A DNA stretch of 64,000 nt from a virus, in the IMG/VR virus record IMGVR_UViG_3300045988_183746; one strand, written 5' to 3'. Positions 51,270-59,760 of this stretch are shown piece by piece; the first letter of the stretch is position 1; each line of letters begins with the position of its first letter. Made by a program: the position numbers and the translations under genes. The notes under the pieces are model-generated. The model saw only the letters and a program-made list of their open reading frames with translations. It had not been told where the DNA came from and did not search any database.

Positions 51270-51293
51270 GGAGTCCCACAACGGACTCCTATT
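51270..51293 (+). repeat. Hairpin element GGAGTCC-CACAAC-GGACTCC-TATT (family 2), immediately followed by an iteron-core copy CCACCTATGGGG (51288-51299)
   Basis: 7-bp perfect stem, plus a Rep-iteron core motif about 50 kb away from the origin. Confidence 0.5.
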
Positions 51294-51434
51294 GTTACCA
51301 CCTATGGGGATAAAGATTGAGATCCTTTAAGAGGGAGAACTTAAGCATTTGGTTTTGCTTAAATGAGAATGTTTTCATCGCCCACCATTAGATCTTTCTT
51401 ATTGATGTCATTATTTAATAGAACCATATTTATG

Positions 51435-51442
51435 TATCTTTG
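51435..51442 (+). promoter_or_regulatory. Bacteroidota -7 promoter element TATCTTTG
   Basis: The ORF-track start (TTG, 51440) lies inside this motif; the real ATG is at 51467. Confidence 0.5.
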
Positions 51443-51466
51443 TATCAAACGATTAACAATAAACAC

Positions 51467-53008
51467 ATGAGACATTTAACATTAAATCAAGAATACCAAA
51501 ACCAGACAGCGCAACTTATGTTTTCCTTTGGAGAGGAACAGCAATATGATATACCAGTTAGACAGGTTACTACCTGTTCAAAGACTGATACAAAATTATC
51601 TACCGTACCAGAGTACCTTAATAATCTGAGCAAGGACTGTTTTTCTTTAGAAGAGTTGCTTGGCAAAATAAATGCAGATACGGTATATTTTGGTCGTAAC
51701 AAACGTGGACAAATTGCCAATGTTAATGGAAATGTTATTTTTGCGGGCGGTATGGCAAGCCGAATATTGCCCAATGCCCTTTTACGGTCAGTTCCTAATG
51801 CTCTGGCTCAAGGCGAGGGATATTTGGAATTTGACACATTTGTGGTTACTCTTGGCTATTTTGATGATTGTGCAAGATTGTGGAATGCAAAATTAAATAT
51901 TGTACTTGACAAAAAAATGAAATTGAGTTCATTCTATAGTTCCACTTACCCTTATAATTGCACTGAGTTTTCATTGGGGAAATGGTCAATGGTAAAGAAG
52001 CAAAAATTTACAATATACCACTATTTCATTCAGTCCAAAGAGGAACTTACAGGAATTCTTGAAAAGAACGCTCCCTATACTGCGAAATGGGCAGCAGAAA
52101 AAGGTGCTGATGTACGTTGTATGCTCCTTGCTCCTCAAATAGAAATACTTAGCAAAGCCGGATATTTGTTTGCTGACTCATTCATTGAATATGACTCTAT
52201 TTCCGAAGAAAATTGTGTAATTTTCAACAGGCTCTGCCAACAGGGGACAAAACCAAAGGATATATTTAAAACCAGCAAAATGGTGTATTCTATATTAAAG
52301 GGGGAATTGGATCTTGAAATTTGGGATTGCTATCGTAAACTGGCTAAGCTCGGAAAGATTGACGCAGACCATATCCAACAGGCTTACGACCAAAATTTCA
52401 AAAAGGCAGATTTAGAGGGGTTAAACTCCATTCTTAGCAAACAATATGACGGAAAACCAGTGTTTACTTGGAATAGTCTGATGCAGTATTTAGTTAGACT
52501 TGACACCTTTGAAGCAATAGAGAAAAAGGAAGCTTTCATGTTGCTTAATGATTATTTGTCCATGTGCAACCAACTCAAAATGCAGCCCCGCATCAACGGA
52601 GATAGTCTGAAAAGGGAACACGACATTGCAGCACGTAACTGCCGTAACCGAAAAAACAAAATCATGGCTGAACGTATGCAGAACAACTGCGAGAAAATGA
52701 AGAAATACGACTACACAGAGGGAGTCTATTTTGTTCGGGGCATCCGAAGTCACGATGATCTTTTGGACGAAGCCAACCAGCAACATAACTGCGTGGCAGC
52801 GTATGGATCAAGAATTGCCAACGGCTCTTCATACATCTACGTGCTGAGAGAAGTCGCCAAACCGGACAAGAGCTTAATCACCATAGAGCTTTCTCCGGAC
52901 GGACGGAACATCAGACAAAAGTACCTTGCCTACAACCAGCCTGTCCGGAACAGGTCGCAAAGTGAGTTCATAGACCGCTGGATGAAACACAACAGACTGG
53001 TAGGTTAA
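51467..53008 (+). CDS. PcfJ-like domain protein
   Basis: C-terminal ...DEANQQHNCVAAYGSRIANGSSYIYVLREVAKPDKSLITIELSPDGRNIRQKYLAYNQP matches the PcfJ-like HCV-containing domain. Confidence 0.65.
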   Translation: MRHLTLNQEYQNQTAQLMFSFGEEQQYDIPVRQVTTCSKTDTKLSTVPEYLNNLSKDCFSLEELLGKINADTVYFGRNKRGQIANVNGNVIFAGGMASRILPNALLRSVPNALAQGEGYLEFDTFVVTLGYFDDCARLWNAKLNIVLDKKMKLSSFYSSTYPYNCTEFSLGKWSMVKKQKFTIYHYFIQSKEELTGILEKNAPYTAKWAAEKGADVRCMLLAPQIEILSKAGYLFADSFIEYDSISEENCVIFNRLCQQGTKPKDIFKTSKMVYSILKGELDLEIWDCYRKLAKLGKIDADHIQQAYDQNFKKADLEGLNSILSKQYDGKPVFTWNSLMQYLVRLDTFEAIEKKEAFMLLNDYLSMCNQLKMQPRINGDSLKREHDIAARNCRNRKNKIMAERMQNNCEKMKKYDYTEGVYFVRGIRSHDDLLDEANQQHNCVAAYGSRIANGSSYIYVLREVAKPDKSLITIELSPDGRNIRQKYLAYNQPVRNRSQSEFIDRWMKHNRLVG

Positions 53009-53019
53009 CGAATAAGGTT

Positions 53020-53048
53020 CCTGCCCAATTCGGGCAGGTTTCTTTATG
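53020..53048 (+). terminator. Rho-independent terminator (CCTGCCC/GGGCAGG stem plus TTTCTTTAT)
   Basis: 7-bp stem with a 5-nt loop and a T-rich tail right after the 53008 stop. Confidence 0.65.
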
Positions 53049-53065
53049 TCCGTATGCCGTGTTCG

Positions 53066-53089
53066 GAGCCCCACCATTGGGCTCCTTTT
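53066..53089 (+). terminator. Hairpin element GGAGCCCC-ACCAT-TGGGCTCC-TTTT (family 2)
   Basis: Perfect stem plus T-run; near-identical to the element at 4367. Confidence 0.6.
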
Positions 53090-53221
53090 AGCTTATAAAA
53101 GGATAGGAAAGCTTAAATGAAAGAGTAGGTATCATCCCCTATCCTACTATTCCCTTTGGCTATATTTCGTTATGAGAGACCATTTATATATCTTTGTATC
53201 AAAGAATTAAATCAAACAAAT

Positions 53222-53587
53222 ATGGAATATAAAGAATTAGTGGAGCAGGAAAGCCAGCTAAAAAAGAGCCAAGTCTTGTACATCAAAGAGGTTCTCGCCC
53301 AAAACAACGGACGGGTGGAAATGAAATACAAGCCCCAAGAAGAGTTTGAGGACGAAAGTGACAATGAAACAGACTGTTTCTACGATCAGTTCCCGGTCAT
53401 GATTGCCGTTCCGGGTAGACACGGTACGTTCAATCTCCATGTAACTGCGGTTTATGAGGATCATAACGGAAGCCTTCGTTGCGAAGGTATCAACGACAAT
53501 ACCGACTCTTTGGAAAAGAAGATATACTTCTGCGACGAATCCTATTCCTCCATCGCATATTTTCTGCATCAAATAACAAACAAATAA
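53222..53587 (+). CDS. Hypothetical protein
   Basis: ATG at 53222 (MEYKELVEQ...) downstream of the promoter motif at 53189-53196. Confidence 0.5.
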   Translation: MEYKELVEQESQLKKSQVLYIKEVLAQNNGRVEMKYKPQEEFEDESDNETDCFYDQFPVMIAVPGRHGTFNLHVTAVYEDHNGSLRCEGINDNTDSLEKKIYFCDESYSSIAYFLHQITNK

Positions 53588-53597
53588 TCCTTATTGT

Positions 53598-53819
53598 ATG
53601 AACAAGAAAGAGATTTTACCACAGCAAGTTGTTCCTGGAAAGACCTATTCATTTTCCGGTGACATCAAGAACGGATGCTATGCCGACGGTACACCACGTA
53701 TCTCTCATGAAGAGGTCACCAGAGAGGTGTCCTATGTAAAAGATAACCTGATTGTCTGCGTGTGCGGACGCCAATTTATCATTAACGAGAACTTGAAAAT
53801 CCAAAAGTTCCCTTATTAA
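53598..53819 (+). CDS. Hypothetical small protein
   Basis: 73-aa ORF. Confidence 0.45.
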   Translation: MNKKEILPQQVVPGKTYSFSGDIKNGCYADGTPRISHEEVTREVSYVKDNLIVCVCGRQFIINENLKIQKFPY

Positions 53820-53847
53820 AATCCAAGACAAACAAATAAGCATAAGT

Positions 53848-54324
53848 ATGAATATCGAGAATTTGAGAAATAGAGTGGATGCTCTTCAAAAGACAGAAAA
53901 TACACTCTTAGTTCTGGCAATGCACAAAGCGGGATTGAAAAATGTGAATTGTTCCGACAAACAACTGAATCTTTGTGCCGTTCTTGCAGGGAATCCTGTC
54001 ATCTTCAAAGTCAAGGAATTTTGGATGGAGGGTGATTCTGGTAAGGAAACAGTATTCTTTTTAGGATGTTGCGACCCGATTGAACATATCACCCTCAAAT
54101 GCGAGGATATTCTTCCCGGAATGGTATCTAATATTCTGGAACACATACCCAATGTGAATGTTTCCGATTTGTCTGTGTTGCCACAGGGTACAGATGATGA
54201 TATTGACGAAGCATTAGTATCATCGTTAGAGTATTTGGAGCAAGAAAGAGACTGCATTTGTGACACGGAATTATACGAAAGATGCTGTAAATTAGAAAAG
54301 TCCAGACAGCATTTCTGGGACTGA
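53848..54324 (+). CDS. Hypothetical acidic protein
   Basis: 158-aa ORF. Confidence 0.55.
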   Translation: MNIENLRNRVDALQKTENTLLVLAMHKAGLKNVNCSDKQLNLCAVLAGNPVIFKVKEFWMEGDSGKETVFFLGCCDPIEHITLKCEDILPGMVSNILEHIPNVNVSDLSVLPQGTDDDIDEALVSSLEYLEQERDCICDTELYERCCKLEKSRQHFWD

Positions 54325-54598
54325 TTACCTTATTCGATTTAACCAATCCTTCCTGTCCGGATTTCCTGGACAGGAATCAAACATATCTATAGCATGAACA
54401 TAAATGTACTCACGATCCGGAGAACATCTACACAGGTGTGATGGTTTCGGATGAATCTCTCATTCAGGATTATATCGAAACAAACGAATATACCGAGACT
54501 GCCGAGCATATCATGCGTCTCCAGAAAGCACAGGCCGTTGCTTTCATTGCAGACGCATGGGAACTGACACTTGTTCCTTGCGTCTGATCTTCATCGAC

Positions 54599-54622
54599 CG
54601 GGAACGCACACCCGTTCCCTAT
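54599..54622 (+). repeat. Palindromic element CGGGAACG-N6-CGTTCCCTAT (family 1), copy 4
   Basis: Reads cgggaacgcacacccgttccctat; a degenerate copy (GGGAAC..GTTCC) lies just upstream at 54559-54579. Confidence 0.6.
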
Positions 54623-54703
54623 CCCCTAATCTGGTGACATTTGGAAATAAGCATAACGAACACAGAAAGAACGCAACCTGAAACTTTGCGATTTAGTTAT
54701 ACC

Positions 54704-55386
54704 GGGAGTAACTCCCTAAAAATGGTGTCCGCTTCAATGGTAAAGTAGGGTTGTAAGTTAAAATCAAACCTCTTTACTCATTATGTAAGTGTCTGAAAAA
54801 GAATTAGTATCTTTACATCAGTAAAGAAAATCAAAGACAATATGGAAGAATTTAATATTCACGAAGTAGCAGAGGAAAACAATCTGGATGTGATTAGTAC
54901 CACAACCGGGAAAAATGGATATCCACAGTCGGTTAGATATGCAATCACCGGTTTCCCTAATTTTTCAGAGGCAGAGAAATTGGCCGAGAAATACGGATTG
55001 CGTATCACTACTTTCTGGAAAAAAGCAGGTTGGCAACTCTATGTCAGAGACCGCAATACGACATTCGAGCCGATGGGCATTTCAGCCGAAAATTATGGCG
55101 ATGATTACATGGCATTCGATTCAAGCAGTGCGGAATCGTTTTATGAAGACGAAGTGAAACCATTGCTGGATGACATCAATAGCCTTGAAGACTTGGAGAA
55201 ATTTGTGTCTGGCCGCAAAGAATTGCTTGACGAGATCAAGAGTATCGACGAAACCCAATTGGTAATAGCCTGCCATGGGCATTACTATGAAACGGTAGAT
55301 AGGGAAACAATGGAATGGTCGTTCGATTCGAAAACATATGTTATCGGAGTTATCAAAGACTAATAATTAAGCATATGAAAACATAT
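54704..55386 (+). repeat. 683-bp direct repeat, copy 2
   Basis: Matches 38652-39334 with a few substitutions clustered near the 3' end. Confidence 0.9.
54842..55363 (+). CDS. Acidic hypothetical protein (duplicate of the 38790 gene; possible ArdA-like)
   Basis: 173 aa, differing from copy 1 at 3 residues (I/V, K/R, N/K). Confidence 0.65.
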   Translation: MEEFNIHEVAEENNLDVISTTTGKNGYPQSVRYAITGFPNFSEAEKLAEKYGLRITTFWKKAGWQLYVRDRNTTFEPMGISAENYGDDYMAFDSSSAESFYEDEVKPLLDDINSLEDLEKFVSGRKELLDEIKSIDETQLVIACHGHYYETVDRETMEWSFDSKTYVIGVIKD

Positions 55387-55427
55387 CAGACATCGTGTAT
55401 GTGGCGATGTCATAAAACCACTATAAT

Positions 55428-55964
55428 ATGGAGTTACCTAAAAAAGCAGCCAAACTTTTTGCAGATAATGCCAAATTACAAAAAATGGCATACAACATGA
55501 TGGTCGAAATTTGTAAAGGACACGGTGGAAAGTTTAGATTTTCATCTGATCTTTGCATTGATTTAGACTATGGGGTTATCGGAGTAACGACCTGTAACTT
55601 GAAAGGAATGTATCTTAAAGATGATTATCTTTTGGTTGAAAGCACTACTACTGACGGTGGATGTAGCAAAGATGTACATGTACTCAACAAGCAAAGCCTT
55701 GAGATTCTTGAAATTTTACAGGATGCAACCATCTTAGGTAATGAAGAGGTATTTTTAAAGGAACATCCCAGCCCGGAGACAGTAACGGATGATGATATAG
55801 AAAGTGCATGGGTGATGCTGGCAGATGTACCTGTCAATTCAAAAGGAAAAATTGACCGGGATTTCCTATATTGGGAAAAGGGAACAGATCGGAAAGTTAT
55901 CTGGAACTGGTTTGACCAAAATCACAGCCTGGGAATTGGATTTCATATAGACAACTATGGATAA
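55428..55964 (+). CDS. Hypothetical protein
   Basis: 178-aa ORF; a truncated paralogue lies at 56548. Confidence 0.55.
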   Translation: MELPKKAAKLFADNAKLQKMAYNMMVEICKGHGGKFRFSSDLCIDLDYGVIGVTTCNLKGMYLKDDYLLVESTTTDGGCSKDVHVLNKQSLEILEILQDATILGNEEVFLKEHPSPETVTDDDIESAWVMLADVPVNSKGKIDRDFLYWEKGTDRKVIWNWFDQNHSLGIGFHIDNYG

Positions 55965-56163
55965 GACAGCAGCAGAAGTATTAGGACAGGCAATGAACCG
56001 GAAGCCCTCAAACGGTAAAAGTGTTTGGTGTACTATGGTGTTGAGACTCATGGACACCGAAGAGTATAGCAATAATTATTGCCGTTCATTGGCACTGGTT
56101 CTTGAACTCTTTCCTGAGGTAAACAGGAAAGAATTGGAAAAGGAACTGGATAAATACATCTAA
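55957..56163 (+). CDS. Hypothetical small protein
   Basis: 68 aa; 8-nt overlap with the previous gene. Confidence 0.45.
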   Translation: MDKTAAEVLGQAMNRKPSNGKSVWCTMVLRLMDTEEYSNNYCRSLALVLELFPEVNRKELEKELDKYI

Positions 56164-56173
56164 AAATAAGGCT

Positions 56174-56497
56174 ATGGGAAAGACAGTAAACATAAAGGAT
56201 TTAAGAGAAAAAGGGGATATTGTTCTTGTGGTGTTCAAAGAGCACACACTGGGCTATATCAACCTTGAACGACCGGGCACGCTGGCAGTATTACGTGCTT
56301 GCGTATGGAAAGGGGCAGACTGGAGCAGTTCACCTACAGTTCCGTTACCGCCCGCAGAATATAAGGTAAGGATTGCTACCCCAAAAGACTTTGACGATTA
56401 TAATGTAGCCTTTGTGGGATACAACAATGACCCGGTATATAAGTATATCTATAATTCTGGTAATGAGCCAGTGTATGCTGAGTACAAGGTAAAATAA
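56174..56497 (+). CDS. Hypothetical protein
   Basis: 107-aa ORF. Confidence 0.55.
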   Translation: MGKTVNIKDLREKGDIVLVVFKEHTLGYINLERPGTLAVLRACVWKGADWSSSPTVPLPPAEYKVRIATPKDFDDYNVAFVGYNNDPVYKYIYNSGNEPVYAEYKVK

Positions 56498-56547
56498 CAG
56501 AAATGTGATGCTAAAAAACCAAATAAACTATAGAGTTACCACAAACA

Positions 56548-56802
56548 ATGAAAAATCTTTTCATCAAAAATGAAAAGTTACAGGAGGAAGCATATAATAC
56601 CCTTCTTGAATTATGTAAGAACAACGGCAATAAATTAAAAATTTCGTTTTCCACCTGCAATCTAAAAGGACTGTATATCTAAGATAACAGCCCCTTTGTG
56701 GAATGCTTTAGTATCTGTGGAGGAAACTCTAAAGACGTGCCCGTAAACAAATACCAGAGCCTCGAAATTCTTGATATTTTGCAGGATGCAGTTATAGAGT
56801 GA
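56548..56802 (+). pseudogene. Truncated paralogue of the 55428 gene with in-frame TAA at 56680-56682
   Basis: MKNLFIKNEKLQEEAYNTLLELCKNNGNKLKISFSTCNLKGLYI*DNSPFVECFSICGGNSKDVPVNKYQSLEILDILQDAVIE aligns to residues ~15-100 of the 55428 product (CNLKGMYLKDDYLLVE...SLEILEILQDATI). Confidence 0.55.
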
Positions 56803-57032
56803 TAGAAACTGGTTTTCCTGCGCCCACTTCCTGTTGAAGTCCGGGCACGGGAAGATCTGAAAACGGAATAATTTTGCCGAAAGCCGCCCCCGGTTTTCTT
56901 TAGGCTCCACAAAAATGGCATTTTGCTTATATGGAAAAGTTGTGGCTTGTTTTGCTTATTCAATTATATATCAGCATATTATGCAACAGAATAATAAATG
57001 ATTATCTTTGTATAAACCAAAAAGATGAAGAC

Positions 57033-57368
57033 ATGAAAAAACTTTCAGTTGAGATATTGAAGAAATTGATCCTAGAGGCAATCAATGCCGGATACCACCA
57101 TACTGGTGATATTATACAGGTTTGCGAAGCCGAGATCTCTTACCACAATTTCTGCCAAGCCATTGCGGGGCTTAAGCCTGTCATCATAGAGGACAACATC
57201 ACTTACCGGTTGCGGTTTGGGGTATATCCGGACGAAAACGGTGAAAACAAATGGTTGGCAGGTTATCTGTCTGAGAAGCCGTACAATCAGTACCTGACCA
57301 TCGGCGAGGGTAAGACCTTGTTTCAAGCAGCGTTCCACCTGAAACGATTGCTCAAAATTAAAGATTAA
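57033..57368 (+). CDS. Hypothetical protein
   Basis: ATG at 57033 (MKKLSVEILKK...) 23 nt downstream of the promoter motif at 57003-57010. Confidence 0.5.
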   Translation: MKKLSVEILKKLILEAINAGYHHTGDIIQVCEAEISYHNFCQAIAGLKPVIIEDNITYRLRFGVYPDENGENKWLAGYLSEKPYNQYLTIGEGKTLFQAAFHLKRLLKIKD

Positions 57369-57372
57369 AGAT

Positions 57373-57948
57373 ATGAACAAACAGATAGACCTCAATGACG
57401 TCGTTCACGCTATACTCCGTGGAATGATGGATCAACACCCCAGCGAAATCACGATAGGTGACTTCAAACTGAACTGCTTCTACATCGCTTCGGCTGCAGG
57501 AAAGAAACATCTTGCCCCTACGTTCCAGCAGGCTACCCTTAAGCTTGCTGAATGGATCGAGATGTATGGTCTCGACCACCTATCCTTTTCCCTTTGGTCT
57601 ATTGACGAGGAAGGGCAACCAGCCAAATGGACAGATTTGTCATCCAACGAAATATTCTACCTGTCTGTTTACAACTATCTGTTGAAATCACGGACGCCAT
57701 TCGAAAGCAAAGGAGTGGTGAAGTTCATTGATGACAAAATTATACCTGCCGTAATGATCGATAATTACGAAGAGGTGTACAAGGACGAGATTCTTTTCCG
57801 GTTCTTTATGGATGCTCCGGCTATGCTGTGCCAAGACGGGATTATCCGTTCCCGCCGTGAACTTTTAGAACAGTATGAGTTTGAAGAAGATGATGAAATC
57901 TATGAGAGACTAATGAGTTCTAGGGCTAGTTATACCGCTGCATTATAA
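57373..57948 (+). CDS. Hypothetical protein
   Basis: 191-aa ORF. Confidence 0.6.
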   Translation: MNKQIDLNDVVHAILRGMMDQHPSEITIGDFKLNCFYIASAAGKKHLAPTFQQATLKLAEWIEMYGLDHLSFSLWSIDEEGQPAKWTDLSSNEIFYLSVYNYLLKSRTPFESKGVVKFIDDKIIPAVMIDNYEEVYKDEILFRFFMDAPAMLCQDGIIRSRRELLEQYEFEEDDEIYERLMSSRASYTAAL

Positions 57949-57987
57949 CACAACCTTTGACAAATAAACAATCAAATACCTCTAGCT

Positions 57988-58611
57988 ATGATATTACCCA
58001 ACATGAGTTACCAGGAGATAGCGACACACCTTTCTTCCGACATGGATGAAGCGTTGGCTTTCTCAAAAAAAATAAAGTTTGCCCGGTACCGGAGCGAAGC
58101 TATTAAGCTGAAACGATACCCGCTGTTTTTTAAGCCGGTAGGATTTACGTCCTCTCAGCATAACAAGTGGTTTATCTTTCCACATGTGAGAAACCGCGCT
58201 GACTTGGTCAGTATCCCTTTTTATGTAGGATGCACATTCACCAAGTACAATCGTCTCTGCCTTTTTATCCAAATGGATCTGGAAGGGGAAAACTCCTCAC
58301 TCAAATTCATATTCACAAACAGGTTCTTCGAGAGATATGCCGACCGAAAAGGCATAACTGGTTCTTTAACTCAAGAAGAGATTGTCTATTCTTTCATCAA
58401 AGAGCTTGGACAACTCGGACTTAGGAATATGGAAAACAAAGATCCGCTTCATGCAATTCTATTCTATGAGACCGGAATGGCATTGGGACATTACGATTCG
58501 GTTGACCGGAACCTGGTGGTATTCCATTCTTATGTGTCGGTTCTAAACGGGCCGAATGATCTGAAGAAAATGCACCACGATTGGCTCTTATTCAGATCCG
58601 TATTCAACTAA
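57988..58611 (+). CDS. Hypothetical protein
   Basis: 207-aa ORF. Confidence 0.6.
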   Translation: MILPNMSYQEIATHLSSDMDEALAFSKKIKFARYRSEAIKLKRYPLFFKPVGFTSSQHNKWFIFPHVRNRADLVSIPFYVGCTFTKYNRLCLFIQMDLEGENSSLKFIFTNRFFERYADRKGITGSLTQEEIVYSFIKELGQLGLRNMENKDPLHAILFYETGMALGHYDSVDRNLVVFHSYVSVLNGPNDLKKMHHDWLLFRSVFN

Positions 58612-58632
58612 TAACTATAAACATTTAATGAA

Positions 58633-59070
58633 ATGACAAATAACCCAATTATATTCAGTTCTTTCATTCATTCAGACTTGAAAGAGAAAATGGATAGATT
58701 TCATTCAATCTACAAGGCGATGGATCAGTCAACCAACGGAAACATCATCTCGTTCCTAATGGATGACAACGGGGAGATTATCGGATATAACTTGCACGGA
58801 AACAAATTGAACAGTCTCTTTTTCGGTCCCTCCCACCCTTGCGTCTGGCATTTCGAGAACAAGGATGTCGTTTCAGTGGAACACCTGCCTGACGGTCGGG
58901 TGATTCGTCGCCTGTTCCGCAGATTACATCCTAGAAAGAAATGCGACAGGTTCCTGACCGCAATTCTGAATGGCACATCCATATCGGAGAAGAGCATCAA
59001 TTACTATACAGCATCATTGTATGATAGCGTCTCACAATTTGTAGAAGAACAGGAAATGGATGCAAATTGA
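58633..59070 (+). CDS. Hypothetical protein
   Basis: 145-aa ORF. Confidence 0.55.
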   Translation: MTNNPIIFSSFIHSDLKEKMDRFHSIYKAMDQSTNGNIISFLMDDNGEIIGYNLHGNKLNSLFFGPSHPCVWHFENKDVVSVEHLPDGRVIRRLFRRLHPRKKCDRFLTAILNGTSISEKSINYYTASLYDSVSQFVEEQEMDAN

Positions 59071-59178
59071 GATAATTTTTCGAATATTTTCAGCTGTTAG
59101 TTTGCTGATTTACAAAAACAAACTTATCTTTACGCAATTATTAACCGACCGGATAACCGGTCACCAAAACCAAATAAC

Positions 59179-59664
59179 ATGAAAGAGCAACATCTTTACA
59201 TCGGTCGCTTGGTCAAAGACGCTGACCAACGTGAAATCGGCGAGAACGTAGTATTTAACTTTACCATTGCAGTCGATTGTGGCTATACCGACAAGCAAGG
59301 ACAATGGGTAGACCAAGCCAAATTTATTGAATGTGCTTTCTGGAGAAGCAAAAAATCCACTTCCGGTATCCGCTACAGTTCAGAAAGACTGGTAAAAGGC
59401 AATCTGGTGCAAATAACATCCCACAGCATGTCAGCACGTGCCTATCAGGAACGCGAGAATGACCAACTTAAATATGACAACAATGGTGATCCCGTATTGC
59501 GCACTGTCCAGACAGCAAAAGTGTCTGAAATTGAGTTTCTAATCGTAGACAAGAGTCGTCTCAGCCAGCAGAATACACAACAGCCTGCACACTCCAATCA
59601 GTCACCAGTCGTTGTGGCACAGTCCGAGACAGCAGACAATATCAAGGATGACTTGCCATTCTAA
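59179..59664 (+). CDS. ssb: Single-stranded DNA-binding protein
   Basis: OB-fold N-terminus (LYIGRLVKDADQREIGENVVFNFTIAV...), a Gln/Pro-rich linker and the acidic C-terminal tail DDLPF. Confidence 0.85.
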   Translation: MKEQHLYIGRLVKDADQREIGENVVFNFTIAVDCGYTDKQGQWVDQAKFIECAFWRSKKSTSGIRYSSERLVKGNLVQITSHSMSARAYQERENDQLKYDNNGDPVLRTVQTAKVSEIEFLIVDKSRLSQQNTQQPAHSNQSPVVVAQSETADNIKDDLPF

Positions 59665-59760
59665 AAATCAGGATTACTGAAAAAGTTGTTTTGTTGTTCA
59701 TAAAGAGAAAGAGGAAAGTTGGTTGTGAAACCAGTTTCCTCTTTATCATTAATCACTCAT

